A program made the position numbers and the translations under genes. The notes under the pieces are model-generated. The model was not told the origin of the DNA. It ran no database searches and saw only the letters and a list, made by a program, of their open reading frames with translations. Shown here in pieces: positions 56,431-64,000 of a stretch of DNA of 64,000 nucleotides. The stretch is from Spirochaetia bacterium (lineage in GTDB: Bacteria; Spirochaetota; Spirochaetia; CADAEX01), in contig OY759746.1 in NCBI GenBank assembly GCA_963662795.1, positions 2,720,001 through 2,784,000 on the forward strand, read 5' to 3'. Positions within the stretch are counted from its first letter, which is position 1. Every line of letters starts with the position of its first letter.

Positions 56431-59232
56431 GTGTTTTTAAAAAGTATTGAGCTTTTTGGTTTTAAATCATTTGCGGACAGAAGCAAGATAGAATTCATTG
56501 ACGGAATAACTGCCCTTCTGGGTCCTAACGGGTGCGGCAAGAGCAATATAGTAGATGCAATAAAATGGGTTTTAGGCGAGCAGTCAACAAAAACTCTCCG
56601 GGCAGAAAAGATGGAAGATGTGATTTTCAATGGCACAGAGTCGAGGAAAGCGCTTAATATCGCCGAGGTTACGCTTGTACTTTCAAATGACTCAGGCATG
56701 CTTAATCTTGATGTTCCTGAAATTTCCATTAAAAGAAGGCTGTACCGCTCGGGAGAAAGTGAATACTACGTGAATAATACCCCTGTAAAGCTTAAAGAGC
56801 TGCGTGAGCTTTTTTTTGATACAGGAGTTGGGAAATCCGCCTATTCCATAATGGAGCAGGGCAAGATAGACCAGGTTATATCAAACAAACCGGAAGAAAG
56901 GCGCCATATTTTTGAGGAAGCGGCCGGCATTACCCGTTACAGGGTAAGAAGCGCGGAAGCGGAGAGGAAACTCGAAAAGACAGAAGAGAACATGCGCCAG
57001 GTTGACAGCATAATAGGCGAAGTAAAGAAATCCTATGAATCGCTTAAAATCCAGTCTTCGAAAACCGAGAAATACAGGGCGCTCAAGGACCAGCTTTTTA
57101 CATTCGAGCTTGATATACAGCTTCTGCGTCTTAAAGGATTTCTCGACAGCAAGGACAAGACAGAGGATGATATAAAAAGCGGCGATAAAAGAAAATCTGA
57201 TGTTGAAAAGGAAATTGCGTCTATAAATGATTTTCTGAAAGAAAATACGGGGCTTGTAAGCTCTATGGAATCTGAGCTGATAGAAAAGCAGAAAAAACTC
57301 TACGGCATAGGTCTTGAGAAGGACAACAAGAAAAATCAGCACCGTATGCTTGAAGACAGGAAGAAAGAGATTGAGCGGCAGATAGAATCCTGCATGATAA
57401 GGGACAAGGCGCTAAGGGAAAAGATTTTTTCCGTAAAGGATCAGATAACCGACAAGCAGAACCTTTTAAGGGAAATTGATGAAAGGCTTTCTGAAGTAGG
57501 GGATAATATCACTCTTTTTGAGGATAAAATCAGGACTGCGGCAGGTACCATCAGGGAAAATGAAAAACTGATTATTGAAAATGAAGAAGATATCAAGGAA
57601 TCGGAGAAGAGGCAGCATTCCCTTCAGACAGATTTGCGTAATATCACTGAAGATATAGTAAAACAGCTTGATAAATCACTCAAAGATACCGGGTACTCCC
57701 AGGCGGAGAGAAAAACGGCTGAGGAGAGCGTGCTCCTCAGTCTTGAAGAGCTCAGGATTATACTTGAAGGGCGGATCAGGATTCTCAACGACAGTCTTGA
57801 GCTTGATATAACTGATGAAAAAGAATATCTGAATTTCGCGAAAGCGGCAAAATCCGCTTTTGAGGAAGGGTTTGAAAAGCTAAAAACCATTAAAAGCAGC
57901 TTCGAGACCTATAACAGGACAGTTCCTGTTTTTATCGATGAATTCCTTGCTCCCGAAGGTATTATAACCAGAAAAAGGGGCATCGATAACGAAATTACAA
58001 ATCTTTTCGGCAGGGTAGCGGATCTGAGGGAAAAAATCAGGGAACTGCAGACGGCAAACAGGGAGCTTACCTTAAAGATAGAAAACTATCGCGGTTCGCT
58101 TGAAGGGCTTAAGGTAGAGCAGGTCAAGATGAAAACCCAGCAGGGGGCTTTTAACGATTCAATCAGGGCTCTCGCGAGGAACATCGAGGATTACGAGAAA
58201 CAGATCAAGGATAACAATACGGAAGCGGAAAACTGCAATATAAGGATAGGCGATATCTCTGTCAGGATTGATTCTGTAATAACAGAGGAAAAAGCCCTGA
58301 TTGATGATGAGAAGAAACTCCATAAGGAGCTCATCGTTCTTGAATCAGGCATATCAAAGAAGAACAGCGATCTGGTTAATAAGGAAAGGCAGTCAAGGGA
58401 AAAAAGAAAGGATCTTGAAAAATTCCTTGCCCAGATTGAAAAACTGCAGATGGACAGGGTAATGCTTGAAACAGAGATCAGAAATATATATGACAATTTC
58501 AGGGAGAATTTCTCCCGCGACCTGTCTGAATATGAATCAAGAATATTCGAGATAACTGTACCGCTCAAGGATCTTAAGGAAAAGCTCAGGGAAATAAAAG
58601 AAGAAATACGGCTTATGGGGCAGATAAATCTTATGGCGCCTGAAGAGTTTGCAGAGGTGCGGGAAAGGTACGATTTCCTTAAAGGACAGATGGATGACCT
58701 TGTAAAGGCGAAGGAAGATCTTAAAAAAATCACAAAAGAGATAAAAACAGAATCCGAGCAGCTTTTTCTTGAAACCTTTGACCAGATAAAAAAGAATTTT
58801 TATGCCATCTTCAGACGGCTTTTCGGAGGAGGCCGGGCAGAAGTCAGGCTTTCAGATGATCAGAATGTGCTGACATCAGGTATTGATATTTTTGTACAGC
58901 CTCCTGGTAAAAAGCTTGAAAATATAACCCTTCTTTCAGGGGGAGAAAGGGCCCTTACAGGGGTTGCCCTCCTTTTTGCCACTTTCATGGTTAAACCCTC
59001 TCCTTTCTGTGTCCTTGACGAGATTGACGCGGCCCTTGATGAGAGTAATGTGGGCAAGTTTGTTAATATCCTGACAGAGTTCGGCAGTCAGTCGCAGTTT
59101 GTTGTAATAACACATAACAAGAAAACAGTAACAGGCGCCAAGACATTTCTTGGTGTTACAATGGAAGAGTCAGGCATTTCAAGGATTATCTCATTCAGGG
59201 TTGATAAAGGGGGAGAGGCCCAGGCAGGTTGA
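56431..59232 (+). CDS. smc: Chromosome segregation protein SMC (short P115-like form)
   Basis: GFKSF, GPNGCGKSN, coiled coils, LSGGE and LDEIDAALD; 933 aa with no recognisable hinge. Confidence 0.9.
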   Translation: MFLKSIELFGFKSFADRSKIEFIDGITALLGPNGCGKSNIVDAIKWVLGEQSTKTLRAEKMEDVIFNGTESRKALNIAEVTLVLSNDSGMLNLDVPEISIKRRLYRSGESEYYVNNTPVKLKELRELFFDTGVGKSAYSIMEQGKIDQVISNKPEERRHIFEEAAGITRYRVRSAEAERKLEKTEENMRQVDSIIGEVKKSYESLKIQSSKTEKYRALKDQLFTFELDIQLLRLKGFLDSKDKTEDDIKSGDKRKSDVEKEIASINDFLKENTGLVSSMESELIEKQKKLYGIGLEKDNKKNQHRMLEDRKKEIERQIESCMIRDKALREKIFSVKDQITDKQNLLREIDERLSEVGDNITLFEDKIRTAAGTIRENEKLIIENEEDIKESEKRQHSLQTDLRNITEDIVKQLDKSLKDTGYSQAERKTAEESVLLSLEELRIILEGRIRILNDSLELDITDEKEYLNFAKAAKSAFEEGFEKLKTIKSSFETYNRTVPVFIDEFLAPEGIITRKRGIDNEITNLFGRVADLREKIRELQTANRELTLKIENYRGSLEGLKVEQVKMKTQQGAFNDSIRALARNIEDYEKQIKDNNTEAENCNIRIGDISVRIDSVITEEKALIDDEKKLHKELIVLESGISKKNSDLVNKERQSREKRKDLEKFLAQIEKLQMDRVMLETEIRNIYDNFRENFSRDLSEYESRIFEITVPLKDLKEKLREIKEEIRLMGQINLMAPEEFAEVRERYDFLKGQMDDLVKAKEDLKKITKEIKTESEQLFLETFDQIKKNFYAIFRRLFGGGRAEVRLSDDQNVLTSGIDIFVQPPGKKLENITLLSGGERALTGVALLFATFMVKPSPFCVLDEIDAALDESNVGKFVNILTEFGSQSQFVVITHNKKTVTGAKTFLGVTMEESGISRIISFRVDKGGEAQAG

Positions 59233-59627
59233 AGATGGATATAAAAGAGATATTCGGCAGATTTTCTGTTCCGAAAAACATTATTAAAATTGCAGCTTTT
59301 ACACTTATCTTCATCACTGTGCTCCTGCTGGCCTCTTTTGTTTTTAACCTCATTGCGGAACGAAATTACAGGAATTCCTCCTCAATTGCTGAAGAAGCGG
59401 AAGATCCTGATTTGCCTGAAATTTCAATTGATGCAGGCGACCTTAAAATCCCGGAAGCATACACCGGAACACCTGAGTTCACATGGAAACCGTACAGAAC
59501 TCCTGCGGATAAATGGAGCGATGAAGAGATCAGGCGGTTCTGGAAAGATCCCGCTGATGTCATTATTGAAGCATATGCAGATGAAAACAGAAAACATATT
59601 GAAAGTATTCTGGAGGATGTCCGCTGA
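59229..59627 (+). CDS. Hypothetical single-TM protein, coupled to smc
   Basis: Start overlaps the smc stop; one TM helix. Confidence 0.7.
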   Translation: MKMDIKEIFGRFSVPKNIIKIAAFTLIFITVLLLASFVFNLIAERNYRNSSSIAEEAEDPDLPEISIDAGDLKIPEAYTGTPEFTWKPYRTPADKWSDEEIRRFWKDPADVIIEAYADENRKHIESILEDVR

Positions 59628-61066
59628 AAAGCACTATCCTGTTTTTTCTCCTTACTATTTCAACTCTATTCTTTTTTTCCTGTGCGTCCGGCTCTGTTAT
59701 ACCTGATCAAAATTCAGAAGATACAGAACCTGAAATCAGTTCAATCAGTGAAGAAAAGACTGCCCCTCCTGATTATCTGCCTGTTGAAGCCGAGGCCCTT
59801 AATCCTGAATCCGGCAGTATCTGCCCGGAAACAGAACATGACACTGCATGGCCCCTGCCTTTGCCTGTTCCGGCAAGTCCTTTTACAGCTGTTCCCGTCC
59901 CTGCAGGCAGAATTGCCTTATCCGGAGAAATTGACAGGCCCCCGTATTCACTTCCGCCTGCGCCGGTACTGCCGGAAAAAGCTGCCCGGAATCAGTCTGT
60001 GAAGAGTTCTGATGTCACTTCAAACAAGCTGGAATTGCCCTCAGCTGCGACTGTACCGCTTTCAAAGGACCTTCCGGTCAAGGATAATAAGGATAATAAA
60101 GTAAAGACATCGCCGCAGAAGGAACCTTCAGCAGTGCTGCCGTCAAAACCAGCCGTCAGGAAACCGTTAGTTGCCCCTTCTGTAAAGACACCTGCCGCAG
60201 CTCCGCCGTCCCGGGCGCAGTCGAAGGAAGCGCCTGCAAAAGGGGCGGAAGCTAAAACAACTGTCCCGGGACCTGCCTCTGTTCTGTCTCCAACTGCCCC
60301 CAAAGCAGGACTGGTTTCCGGTGCTCAGGACAATCTTCTGCCTAAACTTGTGCAGCAGAACACGGAATTGCCCGCTGTTGATGCACCCTCAGCTCAGAAA
60401 GATAAACCTGAAACAGTGTATTACAGCCGTCCCGGCATTATCGAGATTATGCTTGAGAGGCAGGGCTGGATATACGCAGGTGAAAAAGAAGGGAGAAAAG
60501 GCCTTTCCTTTGAATCAAAGGAAAATCTGCCCGGTAATCCCGGCAGTACACTTTTCAGATTTTCAGTAAGGGATGAGGGCCCCTATAAAATGGTTTTTCA
60601 GCTTCAGGACAGGAGCGGCAGGTCAGAAGTTTCTGAGATAGACCTGAAAAAAGGGGCAGCGGAAAATCCTCAGCAGGAAGATAATGTTCCTGATATTGAA
60701 AACTCCGGTCTGTTATCACTCTTTTCAACCGTAAGTGAAGAGGCCGGAAAAGACGGCGCGATAGAAAAAAATGAGATTACAGAAAAAATCATTAAGGCAG
60801 CGGTTTTGCAGGCATCAGGGCGAATTTACGAAAAAGCAATAGAGATGCTTGAGATTATACCGGAGGAAAACCCGGATTATGCGCAAATGGACACGGTCTA
60901 TTACCTGCTGGGACAGTATTATGAGGCAGACAGTGTAAAGAGAAACGCTTCAAGGTCAGTGTATTATTACGGGAAACTAATTGATGAATTTCCTCTCAGC
61001 AGCCATGTATATGATGCCCAGTCAAGGATAAAATATCTTGAAAAACATTTTATCCATATACGGTAA
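59624..61066 (+). CDS. Pro/Ala-rich lipoprotein with C-terminal TPR-like domain; predicted CTG start
   Basis: The frame of track ORF 59861-61066 is open back to CTG 59624, giving (M)KSTILFFLLTISTLFFFSC (lipobox). GGAGG SD lies 7 nt upstream. C-terminus has YYLLGQYYE...YY.KL..EFPLS. Confidence 0.75.
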   Translation: MKSTILFFLLTISTLFFFSCASGSVIPDQNSEDTEPEISSISEEKTAPPDYLPVEAEALNPESGSICPETEHDTAWPLPLPVPASPFTAVPVPAGRIALSGEIDRPPYSLPPAPVLPEKAARNQSVKSSDVTSNKLELPSAATVPLSKDLPVKDNKDNKVKTSPQKEPSAVLPSKPAVRKPLVAPSVKTPAAAPPSRAQSKEAPAKGAEAKTTVPGPASVLSPTAPKAGLVSGAQDNLLPKLVQQNTELPAVDAPSAQKDKPETVYYSRPGIIEIMLERQGWIYAGEKEGRKGLSFESKENLPGNPGSTLFRFSVRDEGPYKMVFQLQDRSGRSEVSEIDLKKGAAENPQQEDNVPDIENSGLLSLFSTVSEEAGKDGAIEKNEITEKIIKAAVLQASGRIYEKAIEMLEIIPEENPDYAQMDTVYYLLGQYYEADSVKRNASRSVYYYGKLIDEFPLSSHVYDAQSRIKYLEKHFIHIR

Positions 61067-61123
61067 TGGCAAAACAGTTAAGGTTGACATTCGCCCTTAT
61101 TAAGGTTATAAATCGATAACAAT

Positions 61124-62452
61124 ATGCTGGACGGAATATCAACCAAATTTTCAGACATAGTAAGATCAATCTCGGGAAAAGCGGCAATATCTGAAAAAAA
61201 TGTTCAGGATGCGGTCGATGAGATAAAGACAGCTCTTCTCGATGCGGATGTCAATCTCCGGGTAGTGAGAAGGTTTATAAATTCAACCCTTGAAGAGGCT
61301 GTCGGAGAAAAAGTATTAAAATCTGTTGCCCCGGGACAGCAGTTTGTCAAAATTGTATATGATAAAATGGTCAGCTTTCTCGGCGACGAGAGACAGGGCC
61401 TTGAGCTTAAAGGGCCTGATGTCGTCTCTTCGATACTTATGCTTGGCCTTCAGGGTTCAGGAAAGACAACAACGGCGGCAAAACTTGCAGCCCTTCTTTC
61501 CAGAGAGGGAAGGCGCGTTCTTCTGATTGCCGCCGACCTTGTGCGGCCTGCGGCTGTTGAGCAGCTCTCTGTTCTCGGCAGACAGATAGGGGTAGAGGTT
61601 TACAGGGAAGAGGGCTCAACTCCGGTAAAGGTTGTTAAAAACGGTCTCTCTTTCGCTAAAAAGAACCTTTTTAATACAGTAATTATAGATACATCAGGCC
61701 GGCTTCACATTGACACCGCCATGATGAAAGAGCTTTCCGAGATCAGAAAGATTTCCCAGCCTGATGAAGCTCTTCTTGTTGCTGATGCCATGACTGGACA
61801 GCATGCTGTAGATATTGCGAAAGAGTTTAATGAACAGATAGGAATAAGCGGCGTAATCTTAAGCAAGTTTGACTCGGATACAAGAGGCGGAGCGGCCCTT
61901 TCACTTAAAACAATTACCGGTAAACCGGTCAAATATATCGGTGTCGGTGAAAAAACAGAGGATCTTGATGTATTTTATCCTGAAAGGATTGCTTCAAGAA
62001 TTCTAGGAATGGGCGATGTTGTATCTCTTGTGGAAAAAGCCCAGCAGTCGATGGACCAGGAAGATGCGGAGAAACTTCAGGAAAAGATGGCGAAATCATC
62101 TTTTACTCTTGAAGATTATCTTGATCAGTTTTCAAGAATGAGGAAGATGGGAAGCGTACAGTCCCTTATTGAAATGATACCGGGTCTTAAAGGGAATATC
62201 GACGAAAGCAAAATTGACGAGAAAGAGATAGTCAAGGAAGAAGCAATAATCCTTTCCATGACAAAGATGGAAAGGCGTAATTATAGAATTATAGGCCCCT
62301 CAAGACGAAAGAGGGTAGCTGCGGGAAGCGGAACTTCTGTTTCAGAAGTAAACCGGTTTTTAAAGAAATTTGAAAAAACCAAACTGATGATGAAAAAGGT
62401 TGTTAAAAACAAGAAATATCAAGCCGATTTATTGTCTCAGTTCGGCAATTAG
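61124..62452 (+). CDS. ffh: Signal recognition particle protein
   Basis: LLDADV, GLQGSGKTT, DTSGR, SKFD and RILGMGD motifs; M domain. Confidence 0.96.
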   Translation: MLDGISTKFSDIVRSISGKAAISEKNVQDAVDEIKTALLDADVNLRVVRRFINSTLEEAVGEKVLKSVAPGQQFVKIVYDKMVSFLGDERQGLELKGPDVVSSILMLGLQGSGKTTTAAKLAALLSREGRRVLLIAADLVRPAAVEQLSVLGRQIGVEVYREEGSTPVKVVKNGLSFAKKNLFNTVIIDTSGRLHIDTAMMKELSEIRKISQPDEALLVADAMTGQHAVDIAKEFNEQIGISGVILSKFDSDTRGGAALSLKTITGKPVKYIGVGEKTEDLDVFYPERIASRILGMGDVVSLVEKAQQSMDQEDAEKLQEKMAKSSFTLEDYLDQFSRMRKMGSVQSLIEMIPGLKGNIDESKIDEKEIVKEEAIILSMTKMERRNYRIIGPSRRKRVAAGSGTSVSEVNRFLKKFEKTKLMMKKVVKNKKYQADLLSQFGN

Positions 62453-62488
62453 TGTAAAACTAACAAATACTACAAGGAGGAAGTTCGA

Positions 62489-62740
62489 GTGAGTGTAAAA
62501 ATCAGACTGAAGCGGTTCGGCACAAAAAAAAGGCCGTATTACAGGGTAGTAGTGATGGATTCAGCTTCGCCCAGAGATGGCAAAACTATTGAAGAAGTAG
62601 GTCTTTACCATCCGATCGAGGCAGAAGAAAGACAGTTAAAACTTGATGCTGAAAAAATCAAGCAATGGCTCGATAAGGGAGCACAGCCTACCGATACAGT
62701 GAAGAAATTATTGAATAAAAGCAATATTTTTCTTAAGTAA
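62489..62740 (+). CDS. rpsP: 30S ribosomal protein S16
   Basis: VKIRLKR.G.KKRP.YR, PRDG and GAQPT.TV motifs. Confidence 0.97.
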   Translation: MSVKIRLKRFGTKKRPYYRVVVMDSASPRDGKTIEEVGLYHPIEAEERQLKLDAEKIKQWLDKGAQPTDTVKKLLNKSNIFLK

Positions 62741-62754
62741 ACCGGAGATAAAAA

Positions 62755-62994
62755 ATGACATTGGAAAAAGATCTTGTCGAATATATTGCTAAATCTCTTG
62801 TGGATGACCCGGACGGAGTTAATGTAAACCTGATCGAAGGTGAGAAATCTACAATACTTGAATTAAAAGTATCCCAGGATGATATTGGTAAAGTAATCGG
62901 CAAGCACGGCAGGATAGCAAAAGCTATCAGAACTGTTCTTAGCGCTTCTGCAACAAAAAGCGGCAAAAGGGTTGTTCTGGAAATATTAGATTAG
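62755..62994 (+). CDS. khpA: KH-domain RNA-binding protein
   Basis: DIGKVIGKHGRIAKAIR; located between rpsP and rimM. Confidence 0.92.
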   Translation: MTLEKDLVEYIAKSLVDDPDGVNVNLIEGEKSTILELKVSQDDIGKVIGKHGRIAKAIRTVLSASATKSGKRVVLEILD

Positions 62995-62998
62995 CAAG

Positions 62999-63547
62999 GT
63001 GTCTGACAAAAAAAATCTGGCAATCGGAAAGGTAAGAACCTCTTTCGGCGTCAAGGGACATGTGAAAATCCTTAATTTTTCCGGAGAAAGCGGGCATTTC
63101 TTTAAGCTTGAAGAGATAAGCCTGAAATACAGGGAAAGAAGTGTTAAAAAAACAATAGAAAATGTTTCCCTGCACGGCTCTGATATAATTATAAAATTTA
63201 AAGGGATTGATACGCCGGAAGAGGCCAGGAAGCTTATAGACTGGGAAATTTGGGTCCCGCGTGAGAAGGCCTGCCCGCTTGAGGAAGGGGAATTCTATTT
63301 TTCCGACCTCTACGGCTGCACTCTTGTCGGAACGGAAACAGCTGAACAGCCTGCGAAAATATACGGGACGGTGAAATCTGTCCTTTCTGAATCAGGGGCT
63401 GATGATTTTCTTGAGATAGAAAGCAGCGATTTTGATGAAAAGAACAGAAAAAAGGTTTTTCTGGTCCCTTTTAAAAGCGAGTTTTTGGGAAAAATTGATA
63501 TTGAAGCCGGAACAATTGAACTTTTAACAGAGTGGATTATTCCGTGA
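62999..63547 (+). CDS. rimM: Ribosome maturation factor RimM
   Basis: IGKV...FGVKG, GEFY..DL.G and LVPF motifs; synteny. Confidence 0.93.
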   Translation: MSDKKNLAIGKVRTSFGVKGHVKILNFSGESGHFFKLEEISLKYRERSVKKTIENVSLHGSDIIIKFKGIDTPEEARKLIDWEIWVPREKACPLEEGEFYFSDLYGCTLVGTETAEQPAKIYGTVKSVLSESGADDFLEIESSDFDEKNRKKVFLVPFKSEFLGKIDIEAGTIELLTEWIIP

Positions 63548-64000
63548 AAGTTCATATATTGACTTTATTTCCGGAAATTATTGAAGGCTATTTCAAGAGT
63601 TCAATTATGGCAAAAACTGTTGAAAAAGGGATTGTCGAGTATTCTGTCATCAATATCAGGGACTTTGCTCTTGACAGGCATAAAACCTGTGACGACTATC
63701 CCTATGGCGGCGGGGCGGGAATGATACTGAAGCCGGAACCCCTTGCCGGTGCTCTTGATTCAGTAAACGCTAAGGAAATAAGGACAGTTTATCCTTCCCC
63801 CTCCGGGAAGGTATTCAGTCAGAGTTATGCGAAAGAACTATCCGGAGAAAAAGAACTCATTTTTATCTGCGGAAGGTATGAAGGTATTGACCAGAGGATA
63901 ATTGACATATATGTTAATGATGAAATATGTATCGGCGACTATGTTCTCTCTTCAGGGGAAATAGCCGCCCTTGCCATTATTGATTCAGTTTACAGGCTTC
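63544..64000 (+). CDS. trmD: tRNA (guanine-N1)-methyltransferase, 5' part (runs off window)
   Basis: GTG 63544 starts [11 protein letters not shown]; [21 protein letters not shown] and [10 protein letters not shown] motifs. Confidence 0.96.
   Translation, partial: MKVHILTLFPEIIEGYFKSSIMAKTVEKGIVEYSVINIRDFALDRHKTCDDYPYGGGAGMILKPEPLAGALDSVNAKEIRTVYPSPSGKVFSQSYAKELSGEKELIFICGRYEGIDQRIIDIYVNDEICIGDYVLSSGEIAALAIIDSVYRL

Noticed and set aside
59290-60002. Track ORFs 59290-59706 and 59682-60002 as a frameshifted gene start
   Set aside because: The main frame is already open from CTG 59624 with a lipoprotein signal, so no frameshift is needed.

Overview
Chromosomal segment of a free-living or anaerobic Spirochaetota bacterium. 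Evidence for the taxon: spirochaetal lipoboxes, a hinge-less P115-type SMC next to rnhB and a PUR-domain gene, and an ffh-rpsP-khpA-rimM-trmD block. The first ~51 kb are mixed metabolic and accessory genes: glgP, a DEAD-box helicase, an ablAB osmolyte locus with a divergent MarR, an 1852-aa single-chain biotin carboxylase, a GNAT-deacetylase fusion, sigma54-driven amtB-glnK, copA, surface lipoproteins, metY and two ABC systems. From 51.6 to 55.3 kb is a decayed surface-protein hotspot ending at tRNA-Gly(TCC), and core genes follow. The most unusual signal is two independent cases of displaced gene 3' ends. The last ~14 codons of copA occur four times in an ~82-bp-period array. The last 98 bp of a Ysc84/SYLF gene are duplicated around a 1080-bp lipoprotein cassette. 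In both cases the copies differ almost only at synonymous sites, which suggests serial replacement of gene ends by incoming DNA. No integrase, transposase, reverse transcriptase or CRISPR array was recognised. All protein calls come from motif recognition, not database searches.
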